A DNA stretch of 39,332 nt from Diploschistes diacapsis (taxonomy: Eukaryota). The position numbers and the translations under genes are program-made. The notes below the pieces were generated by a model, which worked only from the letters and a program-made list of their open reading frames with translations, had not been told where the DNA came from and did no database searches. Below are positions 10,423-21,740 of this stretch, piece by piece. Numbering within the stretch: position 1 is the first letter of the stretch; the number at the start of each line of letters is the position of its first letter. Where the stretch lies: NCBI GenBank assembly GCA_023645945.1, contig JALAIB010000054.1, positions 1 to 39,332 of the forward strand, read 5' to 3'.

Positions 10423-11980
10423 TCAGTCCTCTCTCCTAGTTCTCTCCTCCCTCCCCCAAACCTCATCCGCATCTCGCTTCCCTCTCGACTCGGGCACCCA
10501 CCATGCAATGAACCCAAAGAAAATAGCCGCCAGCGCCGCAAACACGAAAAACACTCTCCCATCATCCAGCGCCGCATACAGGATTGGAAAGAACTGCGCC
10601 ACCAAGAAGGTCGCGATCCAGTTGGCCGCTAGAGCCCAGCTTTGCGCGGCGCCGACCGCCTCAGGGCCCACTAGCTCGCTCGCTAGTATAAATGGCACGG
10701 GTCCTAGCCCCACGGCGAAGCTGGCGACGAACAGCAGCGTCACGACTCCCGCCAGGACTTTGACCTGGAACATCATGGCGAGCGCGAGAACGAAGGCGTT
10801 AATACCCATCCCGGCGATGGAGAGGAGGAGGCAGGTCTTGCGCCCAATTCTGTCCGAGAGTGGGGAACAGAGAACGGTGACAATGAGGTTGAGGGCGCCG
10901 ACGGCGACGGTGATGAGGCCCGCGGCGGTGGGAAGTAGGGAGGAGAGAAAAGAGACCGAGTACATGATGACACTATTTATGCCGCAGAGCTGCTGCGCGA
11001 GCATGACAGCCACGACGGCGACAATGGCGCGTCGGTGCAGCGGGTGCGTCGCGACAGCGAAGATGCCGATTGTTGGTGTTGTATCATTGTGGGGCATCAG
11101 AGGTCGATGAGAGGATGGTTGGGCGTGGGTGTCGTGGTCGAGAAGGTTTTGCTCCTCGCTCTCCCCAGCGTAGCTCGGTGGGCCCCATTTTCGGGACTCG
11201 TCAGGCGTGATGGCGCCGCCGCGGATACGCCGCATGTTTCTACGGGCTTGCTCAGGTGCACCGTGCGTGCCGAGCCATTCTGGGCTTTCTATGGCGAAGA
11301 AGAGGGATAGAAGGTGCAGCGCGCCCAATGCGGAGGCCATTCCCAGGACGACCCGCCACATTGAGCCGTAACTTAGAAAGTATCCCATTATTTGCGAGAC
11401 GAGTATGCCGATGTTCGTAAAGATTTGTGTCATCGCCCCTAGCGCTCCTCTTGCGTTGGCGGGGGTGATTTCAGATATGTATATGGGCCCGACGACGAGC
11501 GATGCGCCTGACGCAATGCCCGAAAGAAAGCGACCAAGTGCCATAACAGGGATATTGGGGGCGAGGGCTTCCATGAGGGAGCCGATAATGTGAAAAGGGG
11601 TAGAGAGGCGCATGGGAAAGAGCCGACCTCTATTTGAGGACAGAGGTCCAGCACTGAGAGCGCCAACGAGGCCGCCAAGTGTGTAGATGGAGGCAACGGT
11701 AGCGAATTCGGGAGCGGTCATTGGAATGCATGATGGAAGGTTGGAGTCACGGAAGGGTGGAGAGGAGGAGCTCGAGGAGGAGGAGAGGCAACGAATTGAT
11801 TTTTCGGGGGCATTGAGTTCGGACTGGAGAGATTAGTTAGTGAAAGATACTGATGGTAGGGGAGGGACTTGCGAGATGGTAACCGAACTGTAGAGGACCG
11901 AGAGCAGCTGAGACTACGAGGAAAAGGAGATAGGGCGTCACGCCCACAGTCCAAGGCCGTCCATTCGTAGCCTCCGCCAT
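10423..11980 (-). CDS. MFS sugar-porter family transporter (yeast YBR241C/Vps73-like), about 502 aa; exons 11980-11873 and 11823-10423
   Basis: LGPLQFGYHL|SELNAP, GR, YISE, RG, ESP, QQLCGIN, DRIGRK and VPES motifs. The join requires a GC-AG intron at 11872-11824. Confidence 0.9.
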
Positions 11981-12451
11981 CTATGATGTTGCTAGAAATT
12001 ATGCAGAGCTATCGGCATTACCATGCATCATATAGCAGCCACTGTCGATAATGCTGTATAGAGTTGACATCAAGATCGAAGCCGGAGAAACACAATCGCC
12101 GAAGTAATGTCTCAGTTACGTTCAGAGGCACAGCTTCAATGTATCCAACGCTAAGTATTTCAGAACAGTGTTTTAGAAATAGCTAAATTACCTAGAACTA
12201 TTCCATTCACCAACGGGAACTCATTAATACTACTCACAGACGTCAAAGTTCATTAATACTGTATTGGGCTGATTACCTAGCAGGTATCTAATTCTACTTA
12301 GCTTCGGACCGTTCATCACTTCTCATTAAGGCGATTGAGGTGGCGCAGACCCCCCCAACTCCTGTGTTATATGAGTGGTTGCTACCGCACTGCCAATGCA
12401 TGCAGGACGAGTCTCGATTGCTGATATAAGCGTTGAGACGACATGATTGAT

Positions 12452-15400
12452 CTAGTCGATACCGATGCAGTCGACAGCTTTTCGCTTCCGGGATGGTCCG
12501 ACAAACGAAGGTGTTAAAGGCGTAGCTGGCGTAGTTGGACTCGTGAGTGCTGAGAAAGAGCTACTGCCGGCCGTAGTCGAAGGTGTGACGGGCTCCTGGA
12601 TCTCGACCTCCGCATACGAAGAGTCCAACATGATCACATCTTTGTCCTGAATTCGAGCCGTGGACCTATTCGCCGCAGCGTGCTTCTCACGCTCCTCCGC
12701 ATGGCTCTTGTAGCATTGCGCGCACTTGATGAAAAACATGCGGTCCCTGGCACCAAACCCTAGCAATTGAAGTTCCTCGACCACGTCACCAAGAAGCTCT
12801 GTGTTGTTCCAATCGAGACAATCCTCGCAAAAAGCTTTAACACAGTAGCGGCAGCGATAGAGCATTCCTCCTGCATCGTCGGCTCCGTGCTGGCAATCGG
12901 CACAGCGGTGCTGCGGGCAGTAGAACAGTGGCTTTGTAGAGATAGAAGATCGAAATTCAGAGTTCAAACATGCAGAGTGATACGAACGAGGGCACCCAGC
13001 ACACTGTTCGAGGTCGTAACATTTAAAACAAATTTGGCAATGCTTTACTAAGAGTTAGGACAACGACTTCTTTGGACTCATATGCACTTACCTCTTGGTG
13101 CGCATAAGCAGCCCTGTTGACTCGTTTCTGGCATTTCAGACTTGTACCCTTTCCAGCCATAGTCGGAACAGCCTCCCACTGAGCGCAATTGGCAGAATAC
13201 TTAGACACTGCATATCCGTCAATCATTACGGTCGTGTTCTTGCCAACGCGGCGTTCCTCTCGCCTCACATCGGTAGGTACGATGAATGAGTCTTGAAATC
13301 TCTTCTGTTTCGCCACCTTCTTCCCCTCGAAAATTTGCGTTCGTACCTTCTCCCTCTTGGCTAGCCACTCACTCTCTGCTTCTCCCTCGCGGTCGCCGTA
13401 ACTCTCTGGGACCGCTTCCTGCGTTGCATTGTCCTTACAATGCTCGAGCATGGTCTCCCAGTTCCATAGCCTCATATCGCGAGGAGAGATCTCTTCATGC
13501 ATCAATGATCTTGTTCCTCGGCGCACAAGTGACATGAGTTCCGCAGTTCCAAGCTGTGAACTAACGTCTTCTTCCCTGTCAGATTCGCCTCCATTGCCGC
13601 TGCTCTTCAAAACGTGAGTATCTCGCAGTGACTCCGTCATTTTAATGGACAGATAAAGTTTTTTCTCAAGGCGTGAAAGCATCTGTTCTTCAACAGTGCC
13701 CTGGGTACACAACTTGTAGATTGTTACAGGCCTGGTTTGCCCAATCCTGTGTGATCGGTTCTCAGCTTGGAGCAGGACCTGCGGGTTCCAGTCCCTGCTA
13801 GTTATGAGCTTCTATGAATTAAACATACGGTGCTTCGCATACAAACTTACATATCAAGTAGCACCACGTCTGATGCCGAAGTTAAGTTGATTCCTAGCCC
13901 TCCAGCTCTTGTCGATAAGAGCATCACTTGATAGTCTGAAGTCAGGTCGTTGAACATGCGAATGTTGAGGTTCCTTCGTGCCCGTCCGGTAGATCCATCC
14001 AGGCGTAAGTAGTGGTATTGAGAGCCATCGCCGCCGCATAATAACAGCAGCTCTTCCACTATATTCAACATTTCAATGAAGCAGGAGAAGATAAGAATCT
14101 TTTTGCCTTCCTTTACTACCAGTTGTTGCACTAGCTTTTCCAAGATGATAAGCTTGCCTGATGCAATTATCAAGTATTCGTCAGACCCTCGATCATTAAT
14201 GGTAGGCGCTGCGTCCGGTAGCAGGTAAGGGTGGTTGCACAACTGGAGAAAATCAGCAGGACAATCGAGCCGGAAATCGCGAGTTTACCTTTCGTAACTG
14301 TATTACTAAGTTCATAAGCTTCTGCCAAGCGGGTGAGTTACTCTCATACGGCTCCATCGCTGAAACCTGCCCAATGTTTTTGGTAGATTCCGACATCTTT
14401 ACGCCCAAGTACTCGTTCTGCTGTCTGCTGTCTGCTCCCTCTTCCTTCTCTGCCGCCGTAAGATCTTTCTGAACAGGATCCTTAAAGATATCCTCTAGTA
14501 GAGTCTCGTCCACACCAGATAGCAAGCGCATGTACCATGACCGCTGCATGGGTGTGAGCGGTGCGAAAAGCAACACGTCCGTTTTGGGTGGCAGATTTAA
14601 ATTGACTCCAGGTGTGTTCTTCATTCTACGGAGCATCAAAAGTTCGAGAAGCCTGCAAGCATGGTCGATGAACGCTCTGTTATATTGTGCTTTCGAAACG
14701 TTGAATGCACATTGAAAATTAGGTAGAGTCGAGTTGGTGAAGACATTTGGCAGAATCCTGGGTATACATTAGTACTATGATTTCCAGGGCTCGGTTTACT
14801 TGCCAGTGTAGTAATGCCCAAAGCTCAACCAAGTTGTTCTGAATGGGCGTTCCGGTCAGGACCAGACGACAGTTGGCCTTCAAACCCTGCAATGCCTTCG
14901 CAACGTTACTTTCGGCGTTCTTGATCTTGTGGCCTTCGTCTAGGATAAGGCAATCGACAGGTAAGCAGCGCTTGAACCATGTTGACTCAGAGATAAAGGT
15001 CTCGTACGTCGTAATGACCACATCCACTCCACGACGACTATCCTTAGGCTTGTCTGCCACCACAATTGTATCATGATTGTATTCGTTAGAGGCAAAAGAA
15101 TTGGAAACGTCCATGACAATAGGTCTTTCGAAGCCCAATGCGATTTTCTTCAAGCGAGATCTTTGTTCACTAGGCCCATGAAATTTCAGCACGGTGATGC
15201 CTGGTGCCCATTTGCCTATTTCCGAAGTCCAGGAATTCAGAATGCTGAGGGGCACAATCACTAGTGATGGTCGTTGTACCCAGCGCGAATCATGACGTGT
15301 CTCCTTCAGCCATTGTAGAAGAGAGATCGTTTGCCCCGTCTTCCCAAGGCCCATCTCGTCTCCAAGAATTGCCGGCATTCCATTGCGATATAGATGGACA

Positions 15401-16089
15401 AGAAAGGAAAGACCTCGGAGCTGATAAGGTTTCATGTCCACTTTGATGCTAGCTTTTGTGAGCATACTCCATCGTAATTTCAAAGTCGCTTACCCTTCTG
15501 GCTGATCGACTTGTTCATACGCTACTAATCTCTGGCTATTCATCTCTTGCTCCTCTTCCGCAATGAGCTTAGTTAAGTGGTTGGATTCCGGGATTAGAGG
15601 AAGGAAGAGATCTTTGTGAGCAATTAGAAATCTAGACTGTCTTAACTTGGTCTCTGCGTCTTGAGTGGCTATGGTATCTTTCTTAATTTGACTAATTGCG
15701 GCAGGGGCGTCCGAAACAACTTTGGGTACCGTCTTCACGCGAGACAGTTCTCGCCTCCCTTTGTTCTGTCCAACATTTCGTAATGCTTTTTCTGGTGGTT
15801 TTAACTGTTGAAACGATCTTAACCGCCGCCCGGTCGGGATATCCTCTTCCACATTATGCTGTGCTCGGATCTGTAAAGCGGAGACCGACGTAACTTTCTG
15901 GGCATAACCCGTCTGCGTATTAGCAACATTGTGCTTTGGAAGCATTGTGGAAGGTGCCACTGCACGGTAAACCTGTTGAGTTGGAGGCCCTGCTTTTCCG
16001 GAGTGGTGAGCTATGGCATCAGCATTGAAGGCCCGAAGCAACTCATCAGAACTGGGATTATTAGAGTCATCCATTTTGGGAAGTTGCAT
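12452..16089 (-). CDS. SNF2-family chromatin-remodelling ATPase with C-terminal PHD-like zinc fingers; introns 15493-15449, 14803-14758 (GC-AG), 14288-14243, 13850-13795, 13091-13043; start uncertain
   Basis: LGDEMGLGKT, LDEGHKIKN, LTGTPIQNN, QLRKLCNHPYL, RLDGST, STRAGGLGINL, DWNPQ...QAENRSHRIGQ; Cys/His-rich tail (CQIC...CAGCPRSYHSAC...CPQHRCADC...CRYC...CEDC...CAQC). Confidence 0.88.
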
Positions 16090-17384
16090 AGCAGGAATGT
16101 GCGAGGTTTCCTTGGATGATACGTAGGGCCTTGCCAAGTGGATAAAGGTAGATTAAAATTACCGTGTCAATAGCGGTAGAGTAACATTTAGACTAAGATT
16201 AAACTTTCAACCCTAACATAAAGGGGGAAAACGGAGAGAGAGCAAGCCAGGAGGAAAAAAGTAGAATAACAGGCAGAACAGCGGATGAACTCTCTGCGAC
16301 AATACCTGGTGTGAAAACTCCATGATGAGCGGTTTATGCATAACGCTTCATCAACCTCTTGTTGAAACACAAAGATCACTGAGTACATAACATCGATGCT
16401 GAGCTTTGCCCAATGAACTGCAGGTACTTGACACCATGTAGAAGCGCTGCGAATGCATGCAGCTACTATCGACCTTTGGGACCGATTCTGCCAAATGTGT
16501 CCCCTCAACCAAGGACGTCACAGTTGTGTGCATTTGGGCTGTCGAAGATACTCTGATATACTGAAGAAGCCGAGAGCGCCATCTTCATAGCTTGCATTCA
16601 AATGGCTAATTGCGCTGTCGAGTCGAGCTGAAGACGGACCCGAGGAGTAACTGCGATCAGCTGACTTTTGTTTCTGAAGCCAGATATTCATTGCAATCAG
16701 AAATGAATCTCAACCATCGGTCTTCGCGGCACAATCTGCTCTGAGAATTTGCAATACAAACACCCTTGAGAGCGCTCATATGCAAAAGTCACTGTACTCT
16801 TTTTGTCCAGTAAAGGCCCCATCGAATGTGGTATAGGGCCCATCCTGATTGACTGGTGCCGCTGATGAAGAGAAGATGGATGTTGAAGCTCAGATTCAGT
16901 TACAAGGACATATGATGATAGTGCTTACGGGTAAGGCTACTAGCGCCGGATACGAGATGCAGATCCGACAACATCACCCGGCTTGTTATTGGCGGTTCAA
17001 GCGATTTATCGCGCAGTTGTCAACATAGGCTGGAGAAATGGTAGGATCTACTGTGGACATGGACGCAAAGTAGCTGCATGTGGATAAGGGGCTGATATAA
17101 ATGGCCAAAGTTGATTGTATCAGACTGTCTAGCCCGTGATGCTAGCCCACTAGTTAGGACAAAGCACTAGCGGGCGACACATTGTTAAAGAAGCCCTGCA
17201 CGACATTGGAAGCCATGCACGCACTTCAGTATAGTGATTGGATCAAGGGCGCAAGTAAAGAAAGGATTGCTTCTGTACTGCTAGCGAGGTTTGAGCTTGA
17301 TACGTTGAGAAGAAGGCTGTCATTCAGAGCGGTTGTACCTACAGTTGTATCTATATTTTGAACTACAATTGAAAAAAACAAACC

Positions 17385-18230
17385 TTACCAAGGATACACC
17401 CCTTCCGACTCGTTGTTGTGGACAAATCTACCTACGTCATCATCCCTCTGTCCTTCGATAATTGCCAACATTGTCTTCCCACTAGTCTCAGGCAGTAATG
17501 TGCCTGGCGCTGGCTCCTTTTCCCGCCGGAGATTGGAATGCACGTATCCAGGGCACATAACGTGGACCTTCACGCCCTTGTCTTTAAGCTCCCAGTGGTA
17601 ATGCGCTGTGACCATGTTGAGAGCCGCTTTGCTTACACGGTAAGCTGTTGCGTCGGCCATTAAAGATGGTGTGTCTTCCGGCATTCCGGGCATGGATCCG
17701 GAATGAAGGTCGCTAGTATCTTGCTTCAAGGTGATAGAACCAAGACCGCTGCCCACAAATATGACGCGGCCGCGACCAGACATCAGAAGCAGAGGTTTGA
17801 AGGCTTCCGTCACCACAACAGGTCCGATAGAATTTGTATCGAGGACTGACTGGAACTGCTTCCGGGGTGAATCTCTATACTCCACCCCAACATGGCCAGC
17901 GTTATTGATTAGAACATCGAGTCTGCCAAATTGCTCATCAATGGATTTTGCGGCGGCTTCGATGGAAGCATCATCGTCCACATCGAGCTGCATGAGGGAC
18001 ACGGTCCCCTTGAGATTTGCTGCTTGAACTTCGCGGACTGCGACCTCTCCTTTCTCGAGGGACCTGCTTCCCATAATGACATGATATTCTGGGGATTCCT
18101 CGGCAAGGACCTGAGCTGTAGCTTTACCCACGCCAATGTTGGCACCTGGACAAACTCAGATATCAAAGGGATTGACATGTCAAGACGAAGACATAGCTGT
18201 AATCAGAACAATGGTCTTTGACGAATTCAT
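17385..18230 (-). CDS. Short-chain dehydrogenase/reductase; exons 18230-18197 and 18145-17385; donor is non-canonical, so possibly a pseudogene
   Basis: KTIVLIT|GANIGVG (TGxxxGxG), LDVLINNAG, YRVSK and CPGYV. The only in-frame splice uses a CTATGT donor. Confidence 0.8.
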
Positions 18231-18756
18231 TCTACTGGCCTGACTTTGCTGAATGCTTCTAGAGAAGATATATCAAAGGTTGGATAGGACCGAAAGTGCT
18301 CCTTACTTGCTGCAGACCAGGTTATAGTTTACATGCTCTAAATATCGGTACTTGCCTTGATATTTATACTCACTATAACGAACAACAAAGCTCATTGTCC
18401 ACAAGCTTTCGAGTAGCCACCGATCACTGCTTCAAGCCCGAGATTCCGATACATCCTTATCAGCCCGGGAAACAAGCTTTGAGCTTACTGATTGAAAGTT
18501 TTGCTCTGAAATCTGTACCTAGAGATGAAGGTATGACTCTTTACATTAGCTTTCTAGCTACTGCACATCTAATGAGTCAAGAATGTGGACGTCCGAAAGA
18601 TCTCCGGTAAACGTTGAAGGTTATCGGAGTTAGCAGAAATGTCCTTAAGTGACGCCTGCCAAGTCTTTAGCCATTGGTTAGCGCAGCTGCGCTGGATCAA
18701 AAGAGAACTTCTCTGATACCCTGTCAACCTTTTCGTCCTGTGCTTCAACGTCAGGC

Positions 18757-19840
18757 ATGACTTCGCTTGACCAACTTCAAGTCCCTCCCGACGAATCGTT
18801 ATATGACTCATGGGAGGAAGCAAGAGCTGCCTTGCAAGAATGGGCGGTAAAGGATAAGTACGCTTGCATCCCCCAGTCCTTCCCACACCGCCCTGCCTGC
18901 TCAAGCTACCCCCAGATTCGCCTACATAACACCCCGCAAAGATGTCGCGCGCGGGGAGTACGTCTGCGCGGCTACCAACTGCCCCTGGCATGTAACAGCC
19001 ACCAAAACAGCCAATGGGCAGATCCGGCTGCGCGTCGTCGAGCGCGCACACAACCCTTCCTCCCCTCATGCCCGCCGCAGCGCCGCCCTCTCCTGGCTCC
19101 TCGACACAATCCCCAAGATCCTCCCCATCTCCCCCGCCACGACGCCGCAGGATATTGCGCAGGCTATCCGCGCCCACTATGACGAGCGCGTTGACTACCA
19201 GCAGGCGTACCGCTGCCTGCAGCAGATCGCGGGCGACATCCGGCAGCCACGGCATCGGATTAACGTTCCGGATTCGCTGCGCAAGGCCGTCATCACGCTG
19301 CGAGCCTTTCAGGGGCTAGACTGGGCAGACATAGAGCGCAAGACGGGCGTCAAGGCCACGACGGCGGCGTACATCTACAAGCAGGCGCACAAGAAGTCCG
19401 GGTTCAGCACCGACCCGCTAAGGTTGCTAGAGCATTCGGCGGCTAAACCGGGGGGGCCGGCGCCAGGCAATGATCTGAAGAAGATGAGAGAGAGGACGAG
19501 GGCGAAGAGCAAGCAGGCGTTGAGCTTGGAGTTCGCGAGGCAGAACCTTGTGGCCATGCACGCAGAGAGGGAAAGGGTGGCGGCGGCAGGGGTTGGAGGA
19601 GTTATGCCGGAGATCCCCGGTGTAGACGTTGCGATGCAGCTTGCCGGGGCCGCGGATGGAATGTCTCGTGATAGAGCCGGCGAAGGCGGAGCAGAGTTCG
19701 GAGCTCCGAGTTCCGGAGGCGATTCTCTGTTTGGCACGCCGGTTGCGACCCCGATGCAGTCAATGGGTGAACCTAGAGATGAAGGCCAGGCGCTACAGAA
19801 CCGGGAGCTCAGCCCTACTTCTGAGGCTTTGGCTACGTAA
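18757..19840 (+). CDS. Transposase-derived DNA-binding protein (MuDR/FAR1-like Zn domain plus Tc1-like HTH, no DDE domain), about 341 aa; exons 18757-18857 and 18916-19840
   Basis: Intron 18858-18915 (GTACGC...CAG) gives one continuous frame into ORF 19424-19840. Motifs: YDSWEEARAALQEWAVKDKFAY...YVCAATNCPWHVTA...AH; TPQDIAQAIRAHYDERVDYQQAYR; LRKAVITLRAFQGLDWADIERKTGVKATTAAYIYKQA. Confidence 0.72.
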
Positions 19841-20237
19841 CAGGGATGGTTTCGCGGGCGGAAATCAAGGAGCGTCCTCCTTAGAGTCACAGCGTGCTTG
19901 AGAGCGTACATGACATCTGTTAAGGTATCTTTTAGGCTTCTGACACCATTGGGGCTGCAGTCTTTCCGTCAAAATTTCAAAATCTTATGGACTTTCCACC
20001 TAGCCACTAACTAGCGTAGACCCTAATGGTGAAAGTCTTTAAGTATCGTAAATTGGGTCTAGGTACGAGAGCTGGAAAGCCCTCCGGAGCGCACGGTCAG
20101 TACATCAAGAAAAGCCGGACCTAGACTCAATAAACATAACAGTGTAAAATTCACGTGGTGCACGTTGGTAATCAACGCACGTTGTGTTTTGCAAAGCAAA
20201 TATGATAGCTCGCTATGAACCTAGCGTTGTCGCCTCG

Positions 20238-21501
20238 TTATTCTTCTTTTTCCACCTCCCCTTTGCTCTTCCCGGCATCATCTGAGTACTGCGTAATGTC
20301 GCTATCTTCACCTTCTTTCCCCATCAATGCGAGCTCCTCTTCCACTCTCTCCACCTTCTTCTTCCCATGGTCCACACTCTGGTTTGCCACCCCTTGCCCT
20401 GTGATCTCCGCCACCAGCCTCTTTCCCTCATCTTCCGCCCCATTCATTCTCCCGCAACCACTACACCTCCACTTTCCCACGTCTTCCAACCGTTTCACTC
20501 CCGGCGGCGCCTGGCCGTTGACCAATCGGCAACTACCACAAATGAGTGCTAGCCGGTTTTTGGCGTTCGTCTCGTCTTCTCCAAGCAGCACATCTAGGAG
20601 GCGATCGTACCACTTAGATCCTCCGTCACTATAGGCTTGGGCATAGTGTGTAGACGTAGAGAAGGCGTTGGGCGCGAACTCGGCGCTGTCATCGGGTGAG
20701 AACGAGTCTGTATGTCGCTGTTGGGCCGATAGTGGGGTCGTTGCTGCGGCTAAGTAAGGTGGATTGGATCTGGGAGTTACGGGTGCTGAGGGATTCGGAG
20801 AATTTGGGGCAGAGGCCGGACCAGATCGAGGGGGTTGTGGAATGTTCGCAGTGGGGGGAGGCATGACATTTGTTCTGCCCGTGCCATTGCGTGAATTACT
20901 GAGGCCTTTGGTTTCAGAGGACGGCTTCTGCTGAGTCACAGGCTTCTGTTTAGGGCGTGCGGGTGTTCCACCGTATTTCTCGAGGAGTTGCTGTGTGCTA
21001 TCATACTTTGTAGCAGCTTTGAGTTTGGTGATTATGTTATCCCGCTGTTTCTGGAGCGAGTTGACATGGGACTGAAGTTTAGAGATTCGGTAGTTGTAGT
21101 AGGTTGATAGGACAAGACGAACGGCATATATTCTGATATTTTAGTGAGTGTTGGGATAGACTAGATTCATTGTAGCCCATTCCTTACATCACTGAACCAC
21201 CAACAAGTGCTGTATAATCATAAATACCACAATTCTTGAAGCCCACAACGAGTCCAATGATCATGATATACAACAAATAGGCGAAGCTGCTGTAGAGTGT
21301 CCATAGTGCCTTGAACCGCCGAGATCGTTGCCGACAGCTGTCAAGATCTGTAGTTGCCCGCGTGATCTTTGCCGATATAGCAGACAGGCTCTTCTCGAAT
21401 GATGCTGGAGAAAGGTCGTCACCCTTGTGTTATGTTTATAAGTTGCAAGTCACGACATTCAAGCTCTCAACACTAACCTTCCAGGGCCAGAATGAAACCA
21501 T
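20238..21501 (-). CDS. LNP1: Lunapark, ER tubule junction protein; exons 21501-21478, 21423-21188, 21132-20238
   Basis: MVSFWPWK|GDDLSPASFEKSLS, hydrophobic hairpin, KLKAATKYDSTQQLLEKYG, WYDRLLDVLLGEDE, and Zn finger ALICGSCRLVNG...WRCSGCGRMN. Confidence 0.93.
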
Positions 21502-21740
21502 TTTTCAATATTGCACTCATAATCATCTCACTGCCTAGACCAATTACCAGTTACAAGCTAAATAAGTTGATTACCAATTACAGAACTTGTCACGGTCCCA
21601 GGCATGAGGGCAGCGCTGGCAAGGCTTGGCACAGTGACTAACGCCCATGAGGGGCAATTACTTTGGCAGACATCTTTATGGTACACTTGACAGCGGAATA
21701 TTCTAAACATGCTATTTAGTCCCTTGCGCTTCGCTTAGGA

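Noticed and set aside
10238..11110. 290-aa plus-strand ORF
   Set aside because: Antisense to the GC-rich MFS transporter; no recognisable family.
14636..14821. Apparent frameshift in the SNF2 gene
   Set aside because: Resolved by a GC-AG intron at 14803-14758.
17145..17175. 10-bp imperfect inverted repeat
   Set aside because: Too short to exceed chance; no TSD.
16140..17380. Possible extra SNF2 exons or a small gene
   Set aside because: Only short ORFs; no convincing splice chain or motif.
18757..19840. Interpretation as an active autonomous transposon
   Set aside because: No DDE catalytic domain and no TIRs or TSD seen.
18569..19911. Minus-strand ORFs of 228 and 178 aa, and plus-strand ORF 19014-19319
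   Set aside because: Shadow or alternative frames of the spliced plus-strand transposase-derived gene.
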